This document shows positions 1-9,040 of a DNA stretch of 23,358 nt, in pieces. Source of the stretch: an uncultured Deferribacteres bacterium (lineage in GTDB: Bacteria; Zhuqueibacterota; Zhuqueibacteria; Zhuqueibacterales; Geothermadaptataceae); contig CAXHAT010000129.1 of the NCBI GenBank assembly GCA_964014485.1, positions 1 to 23,358 on the forward strand. Reading direction: 5' to 3'. Position numbers and translations under genes: made by a program. The notes under the pieces are model-generated. The model saw nothing but the letters and a program-made list of their open reading frames with translations. It was not told where the DNA came from and did no database searches. How positions within the stretch are numbered: the first letter of the stretch is position 1; each line of letters begins with the position of its first letter.

Positions 1-246
1 ACGCCGCATTTCTCAAGGAACTCAAAGGCCTGACCACGCTCTATTTAAGTTACACCAATTTAACCGACGCCGCATTTCTCAAGGAACTCAAAGGCCTGAC
101 CACGCTCGATTTAAGTTCCAACAATTTAACCGACGCCGCATTTCTCAAGGAACTCAAAGGCCTGACCACGCTCTATTTAAGTTACACAAAGCTAAAGGAC
201 TACGCCTTTCTCAAGGAACTCAAAGGCCTGACCACGCTCGATTTGA
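1..246 (+). repeat. 66-bp coding tandem repeat (LRR units); at least 3.7 copies visible
   Basis: Units start at 1, 67, 133 and 199. The core TTTCTCAAGGAACTCAAAGGCCTGACCACGCTC is identical in all four. The period is 22 codons and stays in frame. Confidence 0.95.
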
Positions 247-2486
247 TTAAAAACAATATCAAAAAAATTCCTTCCTGGCTCGCGGAGGGAAATCTTACGG
301 TACGAGTCGACAGTGAATATGTGAGCGGATGCGCCAACTTGTATGGCAACCCCATTGAAGAACCGCCGATGGAGGTGGTCAAGGAAGGCAACAAGGCAAT
401 TCGCAATTATTACCGGCAGATCAAGGAACAGCAAAAAGAGCGCATTTACGAAGCAAAGATGTTGATCGTCGGCGAAGGCGAGGCGGGCAAAACCACCCTG
501 GCGCACAAGATCGAACAGCCCGATTGCGCACTCCCGCATATCGACGACCGTACGCGCGGCATTACCATTAAAACGCACGAATTCAATGTGCCGGCCCGCG
601 AGGCCAAGGGCAAGCGCCCCTTTCATCTTAATGTGTGGGATTTCGGCGGCCAAGAGATTTACCATGCCACACACCGCTTTTTTCTCTCCAAGCGCTCGCT
701 CTACGTGCTGGTGGCGGACAACCGCAAGGATGACACGGATTTCAATTACTGGCTCAACATCATTGAACTGTTCGCCGGAGCCAGTCCCTTGCTCATCGTG
801 CTAAACGAGAAGGACGACGTGCAGCGCGCGGCTAATCTGCCGGAATTGTACAAGCGCTATTCGGACAATCTCAAGGAGGTGGCGGCCCTCAACTTCAAAA
901 CCGCCGAGGAGAAGGACGCCGGCTTGCGTCGTACGCGTTTGGCCAAAATTGAAAAGCTTGTCCGTGATCTGGAGCATCACGCGAACAATCTGCCGCATAT
1001 TGGCGAACCGGTTCCCGCGCGCTGGCCGCAAGTGCGCCGAGCGGTGGAAGAAGATAAACGTAACATTGTCTACCGCGAAGACTTCGATCTAATTTGCGCC
1101 GGGGAGCAAATCACCGAGGCGGAAGACGTCGCCGTTTTGCTGAGTTATTTCCACGATCTCGGCGTGGTGCTCAACTTCGACGATCATCCCTTGCTGCGGC
1201 ATTGGGTCATTCTCAAACCGGTCTGGGCCACTAACGCGGTCTACCGCATCTTCGACGACGAGAGCATGAAAAGCAAGCAAGGCCGCTTTACTTGTGAAGA
1301 TTGCACCGCGCTTTGGCGCGAGCCGGAATACGCCCGGCGAGACGGTATTTTAATCGAGTTGATGAAAAAATTTCGCCTGGTCTATGAAATCGGCGACAGC
1401 GGCAATCTGGTCGCGCCGCAAATGCTGCCTAAAGACACGCCGACCTACGAATGGAACGCGGAAAACAACAGCCACATGCAAGTGCGCTACGACGTGTTCA
1501 TGCCGAAAGGCGTCTTCTGGCAGTTCGTTGTGCTGATGTACAAATACATCGACAATCATGATTGGGTGTGGCGCAACGGCGTGGTTCTGCGGCGGGAGAA
1601 TACGCGGGCCGAGGTGATTGAGCGTTTGTTCGAGCGCCGCATCGTCATCCGCTTTTCCGGCCGGGAAGTCGCTGAGTTCCGCGCGGTCATCGCCGATGCA
1701 CTGGACGAGATCAGCCAGAGCTATCACAAGCTCAAGTATGAAAAACTCCTGCCCTGTAATTGCGGATCATGTCGCGGTTCGGAAACGCCGCATTTGTACG
1801 AATTTTCTGATTTGAAACGACGGCTTGAAAAAGGCAAGCACACGGTCGAGTGCAAAGTCAGCTATGAAGACGCGCCGGTTTTGCCGCTGTTGGCCGGGTT
1901 CGGCATTTCAAGATTCGGTGATGCGTTCGAATTGCGCGACAGAATGCAGGAGTCGGAGCAGCGGCGCACCTCATTGCCGCCAACACAAACGATCAGGATT
2001 TTTCTGGCTTCATCTGAAGAATTGGGAGAAGACCGGCGCGAGTTTGAAATTTTCATCAATCGCCAAAACAAGCGCCTGGTTGAGGAAGGCGCTTTCCTGC
2101 GTCTGGAGTTGTGGGAAGATTTCGTCGACGCCATGTCGCAAACGCGCTTGCAGAACGAGTACAACAAAGCGATCAAGAATTGCGATGTGTTTTTGAGCCT
2201 GTTTCATACCAAGGTAGGAAAATTTACGCGGGAAGAGTTCGAGACGGCGTTTGGGCAATTTCAAGAAACGCAAAAGCCGCTGATTTATACGTATTTCAAA
2301 GACAAGCCGCCGGGAAAGATGAGCGCGATTACCGAAAAGATAAACACGCTGCTCGAGTTCAAGAAAACGCTCCGGGAGCTCGGTCATTTCCAAACCGTCT
2401 ACGCCGACATGAACGATCTTAAGCATCAATTCGGCCAGCAACTGGCGAAGATTCTGCCGGAGCTGCGGAAACATGCGAAAGCCTAA
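3..2486 (+). CDS. LRR-Roc-COR (Roco family GTPase) protein with C-terminal TIR-like/DUF4062 domain; 5' end lies outside the window
   Basis: The frame of ORF 243..2486 stays open back to position 3 and encodes 22-aa LRRs (AAFLKELKGLTTLYLSYTNLTD). These are followed by LYGNPIEEPP (LRR cap), Roc motifs GEGEAGKTT (P-loop), RTRGI, WDFGGQE and LNEKD, a COR region (PARW..VR, LSYFHDLGVVL, WVILKPVW, CNCGSC...C), and from ~1989 IRIFLASSEEL...CDVFLSLFHTKVGKFTREEFETA (TIR/DUF4062-like). Confidence 0.92.
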   Translation, partial: AAFLKELKGLTTLYLSYTNLTDAAFLKELKGLTTLDLSSNNLTDAAFLKELKGLTTLYLSYTKLKDYAFLKELKGLTTLDLIKNNIKKIPSWLAEGNLTVRVDSEYVSGCANLYGNPIEEPPMEVVKEGNKAIRNYYRQIKEQQKERIYEAKMLIVGEGEAGKTTLAHKIEQPDCALPHIDDRTRGITIKTHEFNVPAREAKGKRPFHLNVWDFGGQEIYHATHRFFLSKRSLYVLVADNRKDDTDFNYWLNIIELFAGASPLLIVLNEKDDVQRAANLPELYKRYSDNLKEVAALNFKTAEEKDAGLRRTRLAKIEKLVRDLEHHANNLPHIGEPVPARWPQVRRAVEEDKRNIVYREDFDLICAGEQITEAEDVAVLLSYFHDLGVVLNFDDHPLLRHWVILKPVWATNAVYRIFDDESMKSKQGRFTCEDCTALWREPEYARRDGILIELMKKFRLVYEIGDSGNLVAPQMLPKDTPTYEWNAENNSHMQVRYDVFMPKGVFWQFVVLMYKYIDNHDWVWRNGVVLRRENTRAEVIERLFERRIVIRFSGREVAEFRAVIADALDEISQSYHKLKYEKLLPCNCGSCRGSETPHLYEFSDLKRRLEKGKHTVECKVSYEDAPVLPLLAGFGISRFGDAFELRDRMQESEQRRTSLPPTQTIRIFLASSEELGEDRREFEIFINRQNKRLVEEGAFLRLELWEDFVDAMSQTRLQNEYNKAIKNCDVFLSLFHTKVGKFTREEFETAFGQFQETQKPLIYTYFKDKPPGKMSAITEKINTLLEFKKTLRELGHFQTVYADMNDLKHQFGQQLAKILPELRKHAKA

Positions 2487-2768
2487 GGTTACAATTTTTC
2501 CGGGCGTTACTTGGGAGCACGGGAGCCAGGAGCGCGCCGCCCGGGATTCAAGCGTTGTTCGTGAGCGAAACCGGGGGTGACAAGACGCACTTTCAGTTTG
2601 TGCTGGAAACGTTGGACTGGCCGGTCAATCTTGCATTTGTTGTACTCATGGGCTGGGTTTTGTACCTGGATTTTCGCGAACGAAACGGTTAAGACATTCA
2701 ACCGTCCTTGCATTGCCGTGAATAAGTTTTCGCCGGCCTACTTTTCTCTTGTGCCTCATATTAAAACT

Positions 2769-2785
2769 TGTTAATATTTTTAACA
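2769..2785. promoter_or_regulatory. Palindromic operator-like site TGTTAA-N5-TTAACA in an AT-rich promoter region upstream of the methyltransferase
   Basis: Perfect 6-bp inverted repeat within the AT-rich stretch ~2755-2795. The regulator is unknown. Confidence 0.3.
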
Positions 2786-2981
2786 TAATCATTATAGGCC
2801 GCAACCCGGGCCTTCTCTCCTGAATCTCGTTCATCATCGTTACTGCATCCGATTTGTACTTCCGCAAACTCCGGGGCGGATAATCTTTAACCGTATTTGG
2901 CGCGCACGCGCATTGAACTTTGAAGATATGCGCTCCTGCTAAAAAATGGTCGCCAGACTCTTTATGGGTGGAGTAAAAACG

Positions 2982-3602
2982 ATGACTAAGCTTGCTCACA
3001 ACAAAGCAAAGTTCGGATGGGACGCTTTTAACAAGAGCTATGAAGTTCAAGAATTGCCCTGGTTTACCAGGGAGATAGACTCAGACTTCAGAGAGTTTAT
3101 CGAAAAGTACGGTTCTCGCGGCAAACGCATTTTAGACGTAGGCGCGGGACCGGGGACGACGGCTGTTTTTCTCGCGAGGTCCGGATACGAGGTCACGGCA
3201 ACGGATATTTCTCCCTACATCGTGGAAGTCGCAAAAAAAAGAGCGGGCGCGCTGGCTTCGGCCATTGAATGGCGCGTAGACGACATAACCGAAAGCAAGC
3301 TTAGCGGCGAATTCGACGTCATCCATGATCGCGGCTGTTTTCACGTATTGCCGGAAGACCTAAGGATCAAGTATGTCGGCAATATCTGCCGACTCATTGC
3401 GGAAAACGGCGTTCTTTGTATGAAGGCGTTTTCCAAGAATGAAGAAACGCCGCGTCCCGGAGCTCACAAATTTGACGCTAAGGAAATTTCCGAATATTTT
3501 CGATGCACTTTCAAGCTCCTCGAGAGCAGAGAGTCAAGCCTTCCCAGCACCCTTGAAAACGACCCGCGCGCTATTTTTGTCATCCTTAAAAAATCGACTT
3601 AA
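2982..3602 (+). CDS. Class I SAM-dependent methyltransferase (TPMT/tellurite-resistance-like)
   Basis: Motifs ILDVGAGPG (motif I), VTATDIS and FDVIHDRGCFH. The ATG at 2982 has GGAG at 2970-2973, so it is preferred to the ORF-track start at 2946. Confidence 0.88.
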   Translation: MTKLAHNKAKFGWDAFNKSYEVQELPWFTREIDSDFREFIEKYGSRGKRILDVGAGPGTTAVFLARSGYEVTATDISPYIVEVAKKRAGALASAIEWRVDDITESKLSGEFDVIHDRGCFHVLPEDLRIKYVGNICRLIAENGVLCMKAFSKNEETPRPGAHKFDAKEISEYFRCTFKLLESRESSLPSTLENDPRAIFVILKKST

Positions 3603-3614
3603 TCTCTTGGCGAA

Positions 3615-4847
3615 ATGTCTTTATTAGCCTCATCCAAACTCTCCACTCGCCTGCCGACAAACGATCTGTCCGCCATCGAAAGATTGGGACAGACGACAAC
3701 ATTTCGTAAGAATCAGCATGTTTTCAAGACTGACGAGAGCGTTGAATCGCTTTTTTTTATCCTCAAGGGAAAAATAATTGTTCAACAAGAAGAAAGCGGC
3801 AAACCCGCATGGCTCAGCACGGGAGACTTTTTGGGGGAGGAAGGCTTTTTTCTTGGCGGATCTGAATCTGCAACGGCAATCATAGAAACGCTCGAAGCAA
3901 CTTTATTTTGCTTGCCGAGAAGCGTCTTATCAAAAACGGAAAACCTGGAGATTTTGACCAAGCTTATCGTTGCTCTCTCCCCTTACGTGCAAATCCGAAA
4001 AACGAAAAGAAGTACAGATTTTCAACCGTCCAGCACGGTTATGGAAAACCACTGTGACCATGAACATTCTGAAATTGTCGCAACGGCGAAAAAACTGGCG
4101 GGGAGCAATCAGTGGGAAACGGCCATAAACATTTGGCGGTTTGTTCGTCAAACGCCTTATCGGTTCGGCTACTGGGATTTACTCGCTTCCCAGACGCTGG
4201 CGATGGGCTGCGGCATGTGTACTTCAAAAGCCAATCTCCACGCCGCGCTTTTACGCGCTTCAGGATTGCAAGCCGCCTTTGTCGAGTTAAAAATCAAGTC
4301 GCTTTGCGTCTCGCTTCTCTTGCCGGAAGAATACCGCGCCGATGTTCGTGAATATATTAAACACTATTTTTGCGCCGTTTTCCTCGACGGCAAATGGTTC
4401 CCGTGCGACGCTTCTTTTACCAAAACGTCGATGAAAATGGTCACAAAAGTCATCCCTGAGCTGGATCAATTTGCCGAACATGTTTTTTGCGAGAATCAGC
4501 CGTATAATTTTGCCGCCGAAAGCGAGGATAAAAGCCCGTTCGATTTTACGCCGCTCCCGAACTTGAATAAGATCATGGGGAAAAAGCCATATTATGACGA
4601 AGATAATATGGAAGCGATGAACATTGAATTGGACAAAGTGCAGGGCTTCCGCCACCCGCTGCAACCGTGGGCGCAAGACGCGGAAGACTTGCTTTCAACG
4701 AACATCGCGCTTGCATTTCACACCGCACTGAACGGTCTTTCACAGACGCTCAGCGCTGATGTGACAATTCCAGTGACACAAGTTGACGTCCCGGCAAAAC
4801 CTGCAACCTTTCCCGCCTCCGCCGCGCCCCAGTTCTCAAAAACATAA
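3615..4847 (+). CDS. cNMP-binding (Crp-like) domain fused to a transglutaminase-like (papain-fold) domain
   Basis: N-terminal FRKNQHVF..DE....LFFILKGKIIV...GDFLGE...SATA is a cNMP beta-barrel. C-terminal TLAMGCGMCTSKANLHAALLRASG...KHYFCAVFLDGKWFPCDASF carries a Cys-His-Asp triad. Starts 12 bp after the methyltransferase stop. Confidence 0.82.
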   Translation: MSLLASSKLSTRLPTNDLSAIERLGQTTTFRKNQHVFKTDESVESLFFILKGKIIVQQEESGKPAWLSTGDFLGEEGFFLGGSESATAIIETLEATLFCLPRSVLSKTENLEILTKLIVALSPYVQIRKTKRSTDFQPSSTVMENHCDHEHSEIVATAKKLAGSNQWETAINIWRFVRQTPYRFGYWDLLASQTLAMGCGMCTSKANLHAALLRASGLQAAFVELKIKSLCVSLLLPEEYRADVREYIKHYFCAVFLDGKWFPCDASFTKTSMKMVTKVIPELDQFAEHVFCENQPYNFAAESEDKSPFDFTPLPNLNKIMGKKPYYDEDNMEAMNIELDKVQGFRHPLQPWAQDAEDLLSTNIALAFHTALNGLSQTLSADVTIPVTQVDVPAKPATFPASAAPQFSKT

Positions 4848-4871
4848 CCCCCATGACTTTTTCTTGCCTCA

Positions 4872-6278
4872 CTAACTTCCTTGCTCCGTTTCGTCATCCT
4901 TGATCTGCGGCGCAATCTTGAAACCGGTAAAGCCGTAGATCAAAGCGAAAATGAATCCCGTGTAGCACATGATCATCCAGGGCGCGTACTCAAGCGTGGC
5001 AACTCCGAGAGTGCGCGACATATAAAACCCGGCGATGCTCCACGGGATCAAAGGCACAACCACTGTTCCGCTGTCTTCCAGCGTTCGAGAAAGATTTTTG
5101 GCGGCAAGCTCCATCTTCCTGAACGCCGGAGCAAACAACTCCCCGATAAGAATCGTTGAAACGGCGGCGCTTCCCGTCATGAGGCAAGAAGCTAAACTCG
5201 AAGCAACGGTTGAAGCGATCAGCTTGGCCGTCGAATCAGCGGTCTTTTGCAGGCGCTCAAGCACAACATCGAGCATTCCTCCAGCTTGGACGACGCCGCC
5301 AAAACTAAAAGCGCAGAGCAACAGCAGCACAATATTCATCATTTCAGCCATGCCGCCCCGCGAGAGCAAACTGTCGATCATCTCGTTGTCAGTTTGTGAC
5401 TGGTAACCAGACGTCATCGATCCAAACGCCGCCTGCAAATCCATACTTTGAACCCAAATGGCCAACAATGCCGCGACAAAACTCGCGGCGAACATGCTTG
5501 GGATAATGGGCTTTTTACGAACGGCGGCGACGACAATCATTACAGGCGGCAAAAGCAGAACCGGATGAAACTGAAAATTATCCAAAATTGTTTGCTTGAT
5601 AAGCGCCGTTTGTTCGAGCGAAGCCGCAGCGGCGTCGCCCGATGCGCCGATAAAAAAATAGACAATGACGCCCAAAATCCAGGCCGGAGTCGTCGTCCAC
5701 AGCATATGTTTGATGTGATCAAACAAATTACTTTTTGCGACCGCCGAAGCCAGGTTAGTCATGTCAGAAAACGGAGACATTTTATCACCAAAATAGGCTC
5801 CGGCGATAATAGCGCCCGCCGCTTGTCCCAAGGGAACGCCCAAGCCTTGCGCAACCCCGATCAGCGCTACGCCTACTGTACCCGCGGTTCCGTAAGAAGT
5901 GCCTGTTGTCAAAGACACGATGCTGCAAACGATGCAGGCCGTTGCCAGAAAGTATGTTGGGGAGATAAATTCCAGGCCGTAGTAAATCAACATCGGAATC
6001 GTACCGCTCGCGATCCATGAACCAATAACGGCGCCGACCGCGATAACAATCAGCGCAGCAGGCGTTCCCTTATGAATGCTATTCAGAATTCCGCGCTCAA
6101 TGTCTTTGTAGGTGCATCCCAAACGGCGGGCCAGCAGCGCTGTTACAGCAGCGGCGGTCAAAAGCAGAATTTCTGTATTTAAACGAAAAACTCCAAACCC
6201 AACGCCCAGAAAACTTGCAACGAAAACAAGCGGGAGCAATGCTTCCAAAAGCGTTGGACGGCGGCGCGTTTGAGTCAT
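4872..6278 (-). CDS. nhaC: NhaC-family Na+/H+ antiporter / amino acid transporter (paralog 2)
   Basis: Polytopic membrane protein with GSWIASGTIP, GAYFGDKMSPFSD, LLSRGGM and LSRTLEDSGTV..PLIPW. Confidence 0.92.
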   Translation of the reverse strand: MTQTRRRPTLLEALLPLVFVASFLGVGFGVFRLNTEILLLTAAAVTALLARRLGCTYKDIERGILNSIHKGTPAALIVIAVGAVIGSWIASGTIPMLIYYGLEFISPTYFLATACIVCSIVSLTTGTSYGTAGTVGVALIGVAQGLGVPLGQAAGAIIAGAYFGDKMSPFSDMTNLASAVAKSNLFDHIKHMLWTTTPAWILGVIVYFFIGASGDAAAASLEQTALIKQTILDNFQFHPVLLLPPVMIVVAAVRKKPIIPSMFAASFVAALLAIWVQSMDLQAAFGSMTSGYQSQTDNEMIDSLLSRGGMAEMMNIVLLLLCAFSFGGVVQAGGMLDVVLERLQKTADSTAKLIASTVASSLASCLMTGSAAVSTILIGELFAPAFRKMELAAKNLSRTLEDSGTVVVPLIPWSIAGFYMSRTLGVATLEYAPWMIMCYTGFIFALIYGFTGFKIAPQIKDDETEQGS

Positions 6279-6317
6279 TTATGTATGCAACAGGTTTTGG
6301 GGTGAGTCTAAAATTAT

Positions 6318-7727
6318 TTAGCTGCCGGGTTGAGTTTCGTCATCTCTGAGCTTCGGCGCGATTTTGAACCCGGAAAATCCATAAATCAAGGCGAAAATAA
6401 ATCCCGTGTAACACATGATCGCCCAGGGCGCGTAATCCATTGTCGGAATCCCGAGCGTTCCGGCCATGAAAACGCCGGCGATGCTCCAGGGAACAAGCGG
6501 CACGACAACCGTACCGCTGTCCTCAGTCGTGCGTGACAGGTTTTTGGCCGCGAGTTTTCTTTTCTTGAATGCAGGCGCAAACAGCTCGCCGGGAAGGATG
6601 ATCGACAAAAATGAGCTGCCCGTCATTAACGCCGTGGTGATTCCTGCTGAAACCGTTGAAGCGACGAGTTTACCCGTCGTGTCAGCAATTTTCAGCAGGC
6701 GCTGGAGAATCACGTCAAGCATCCCGGCGGTTTGTACAATTCCGCCGAACGCAAAGGCGCAAAAAGCGATCAACGTGACGTGCATCATATTCGCCATGCC
6801 GCCGCGCGAAAGCAAGCGATCCACCATCTCGCTCCCGGTTTGCGATACGAAGCCGCTTACCATTGAAGCGACTGCTGTTTTCAAGGTCAAGTCTTGAAGC
6901 CAAATCGCCAACGCAACGGCCACGACGGACGAGAACAGCATGTTCGGAATTACCGGTTTTTTGCGGATAGCCGAGTACAACGTGATTAGCGGCGGGAGCA
7001 AAAGCAGAACGTGAAATCGAAAATTTTCATGCACCGTTTGCTGGATAATTTCCGCGTTTTGCAACGAAAAATTCTGTTCGGCGCTTGATGAAAAGCCAAT
7101 AAAAAAATAGACGCTCAAACCAAGAAGCCACGCAGGCGTCGTGGTCCACAATGTGTGTTTGATATGATCGAAAAGATTGCTCTGCGCGGCGATGGGCGCG
7201 AGATTTGTCGTATCCGAAAACGGCGAAAGCTTATCGCCAAAATATGCCCCGGCGACGATGGCTCCGCCTGCTTGCCCCAACGGAATTCCCAAGCCTTGCG
7301 CAATGCCGATAAAAGCCACGCCTATCGTTCCAACCGTGCCGTAGGATGTGCCGGTCACCAATGAGACGATGCTGCAAACAATGCAAGCGGTGACGAGAAA
7401 ATATGCAGGCGAGATAAGATCGAGGCCAAAATAAATCAGCATGGGAATCGTTCCCGCCGCGATCCATGATCCGATGAGCGCGCCGACGACGATAACGATG
7501 AGCATTGCAGGCATGCCTTTCATCATGCTCTGCAAGACGCCTCGTTCGAGTTCTTTGTATGTAAATCCGAGGCGGTAGGCAATAATTCCCGCGACAGTGG
7601 CTGCGGCGAGAAGAAGGATTTCTGCATTGAGACGCAAAACGCCGTAGCCGACGCCAAGGAAAACGGCAACGGCGATCAGCGGAATGATTGATTGACGAAA
7701 AGTCGGTTTTTGATGCGGATCGTTCAT
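6318..7727 (-). CDS. nhaC: NhaC-family Na+/H+ antiporter / amino acid transporter (paralog 1)
   Basis: Motifs GSWIAAGTIP, GAYFGDKLSPFSDTTNLA, LLSRGGM and LSRTTEDSGTV..PLVPW. The start overlaps the upstream M20 stop (ATGA). Confidence 0.92.
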   Translation of the reverse strand: MNDPHQKPTFRQSIIPLIAVAVFLGVGYGVLRLNAEILLLAAATVAGIIAYRLGFTYKELERGVLQSMMKGMPAMLIVIVVGALIGSWIAAGTIPMLIYFGLDLISPAYFLVTACIVCSIVSLVTGTSYGTVGTIGVAFIGIAQGLGIPLGQAGGAIVAGAYFGDKLSPFSDTTNLAPIAAQSNLFDHIKHTLWTTTPAWLLGLSVYFFIGFSSSAEQNFSLQNAEIIQQTVHENFRFHVLLLLPPLITLYSAIRKKPVIPNMLFSSVVAVALAIWLQDLTLKTAVASMVSGFVSQTGSEMVDRLLSRGGMANMMHVTLIAFCAFAFGGIVQTAGMLDVILQRLLKIADTTGKLVASTVSAGITTALMTGSSFLSIILPGELFAPAFKKRKLAAKNLSRTTEDSGTVVVPLVPWSIAGVFMAGTLGIPTMDYAPWAIMCYTGFIFALIYGFSGFKIAPKLRDDETQPGS

Positions 7728-9040
7728 TTGGCCAAACCGGCTTCAGCTAGCAGAATCAGCAGCGCGTTTTGAATCGCGCGATGACCGTCTTTGTTTAACC
7801 ACCACTCACTGGGCGAATGCGCGCCCCCGCCGTCGCCGCCGCGGCTAAGGGTGACTGCCGGAACGCCCATAGAAATCGGTATGTTTGAATTTGTCGAAGC
7901 GGTTCTCAAACTTGGAGTCACGCCAAAGAATTGCGTTGCCGCAAGCGCTCGCTGAACCAGGGGCGAGTCCGGAGAGACTTTGCCGGAAGGACGATCTCCG
8001 ATTTTCTCCACCTCGACTGTTAATTCCGGGCCGCTGCGCCGCATCTTATTCTGATCTTCGAGTGCGCGTTTCACGGCAATCTGAAAAAGCGAGTCGATTC
8101 CGTTCAGGCGTGCGTCGCTTTCTGAGCGCATGTCCACTTCCATCCACGACTCAAAGGGAATTGCGTTGATCGAAGTCCCGCCGCCGATGCGCCCAACGTT
8201 GTAGCTTGTTCGTGCGCCTTTTGCCGTAAATTTATCCGCCGCTTGTGTGAAATAATGTACCGCAGCTCCCAGAGCATGATGCGGATTGACTAAACCAAAG
8301 CTGCCCCAGGAATGTCCGCCCGGACCTCGGAACGTGACGCGGTAACGATGCGAACCCAGGCCGCCGGTTACGATTCTTTCCATATTCCCGCCGTCAATGG
8401 AAACCCAAGCGTCTATTTTCGGACCGCCATTGCGAAAAAGGTGCTTCATTCCGCGCAAGTCGCCTTTGCCTTCTTCGCCGACCGTGCCGATAAAAAGCAC
8501 ATCCGCATTGTTCTCGATGTTTGCTTCTTCAAGCGCACGCAAAACCGTAAGCACAACGATCAAGCCGCGCGTATCGTCTCCAATCCCTGGCGCAAAAAGC
8601 GTATCGCCTCGCGTTTTGACTGTGACGTCAGTTTCTTCGGGAAAAACCGTGTCGAGGTGGCCGTCCAGAGTAATGACGCGTTCCCGTTTCTTGCCTTTTC
8701 GCAGAGCGAGCACGTTGCCTTCTTCGTCGAGCCAGACGGAATCCGCCCCGGCTTCTAACAGCATTTCCGCGAATTTCTTAGCTCGCCGCTCTTCGCCAAA
8801 CGGCGGCGCCGGAATTTCATTCAGCAGAATGTGATCCGACAGCGTGCGCGGCTCCAGCGCTTCAATCGTCTTGAAGGCTAATTTAACTTTTGCATTTTTA
8901 GCAATGCGCTCTATTTCTTTGACGTACTTTTTTTTAACAGTGAGTTCACGCTCAGCATCGGGCTGTGCGACGGCAAGGTTGGCGAAGAAGCAAAAGATTA
9001 TGCAAAATGCTTTGACAAAAAATCGTGAATCAAGCTTCAA
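7724..9040 (-). CDS. Secreted M20/M25/M40 family metallopeptidase/amidohydrolase
   Basis: Metal ligands DGHLDTVF, GIGDD, GEEG and GAHS, plus dimerisation domain GPGGHS...NVGRIGGGTSINAIP...VDMRS. Probable start is TTG at 9040 (purine-rich GAGAGAAG upstream), giving signal peptide MKLDSRFFVKAFCIIFCFFANLAVA. The ORF track starts at 9121. Confidence 0.88.
   Translation of the reverse strand: MKLDSRFFVKAFCIIFCFFANLAVAQPDAERELTVKKKYVKEIERIAKNAKVKLAFKTIEALEPRTLSDHILLNEIPAPPFGEERRAKKFAEMLLEAGADSVWLDEEGNVLALRKGKKRERVITLDGHLDTVFPEETDVTVKTRGDTLFAPGIGDDTRGLIVVLTVLRALEEANIENNADVLFIGTVGEEGKGDLRGMKHLFRNGGPKIDAWVSIDGGNMERIVTGGLGSHRYRVTFRGPGGHSWGSFGLVNPHHALGAAVHYFTQAADKFTAKGARTSYNVGRIGGGTSINAIPFESWMEVDMRSESDARLNGIDSLFQIAVKRALEDQNKMRRSGPELTVEVEKIGDRPSGKVSPDSPLVQRALAATQFFGVTPSLRTASTNSNIPISMGVPAVTLSRGGDGGGAHSPSEWWLNKDGHRAIQNALLILLAEAGLAK

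Noticed and set aside
1..246. CRISPR array (33-bp constant core with 66-bp period)
   Set aside because: The would-be spacers are similar to one another, the period is exactly 22 codons, and the region translates in frame as LRRs of the Roco gene. No cas genes are present.
1..246. Diversity-generating retroelement variable region
   Set aside because: The differences are not adenine-specific (for example TAT/GAT), and no reverse transcriptase or template repeat is in the window.
2693..2981. RiPP precursor peptide for the methyltransferase/transglutaminase pair
   Set aside because: No short ORF with an RBS and leader/core character was found.
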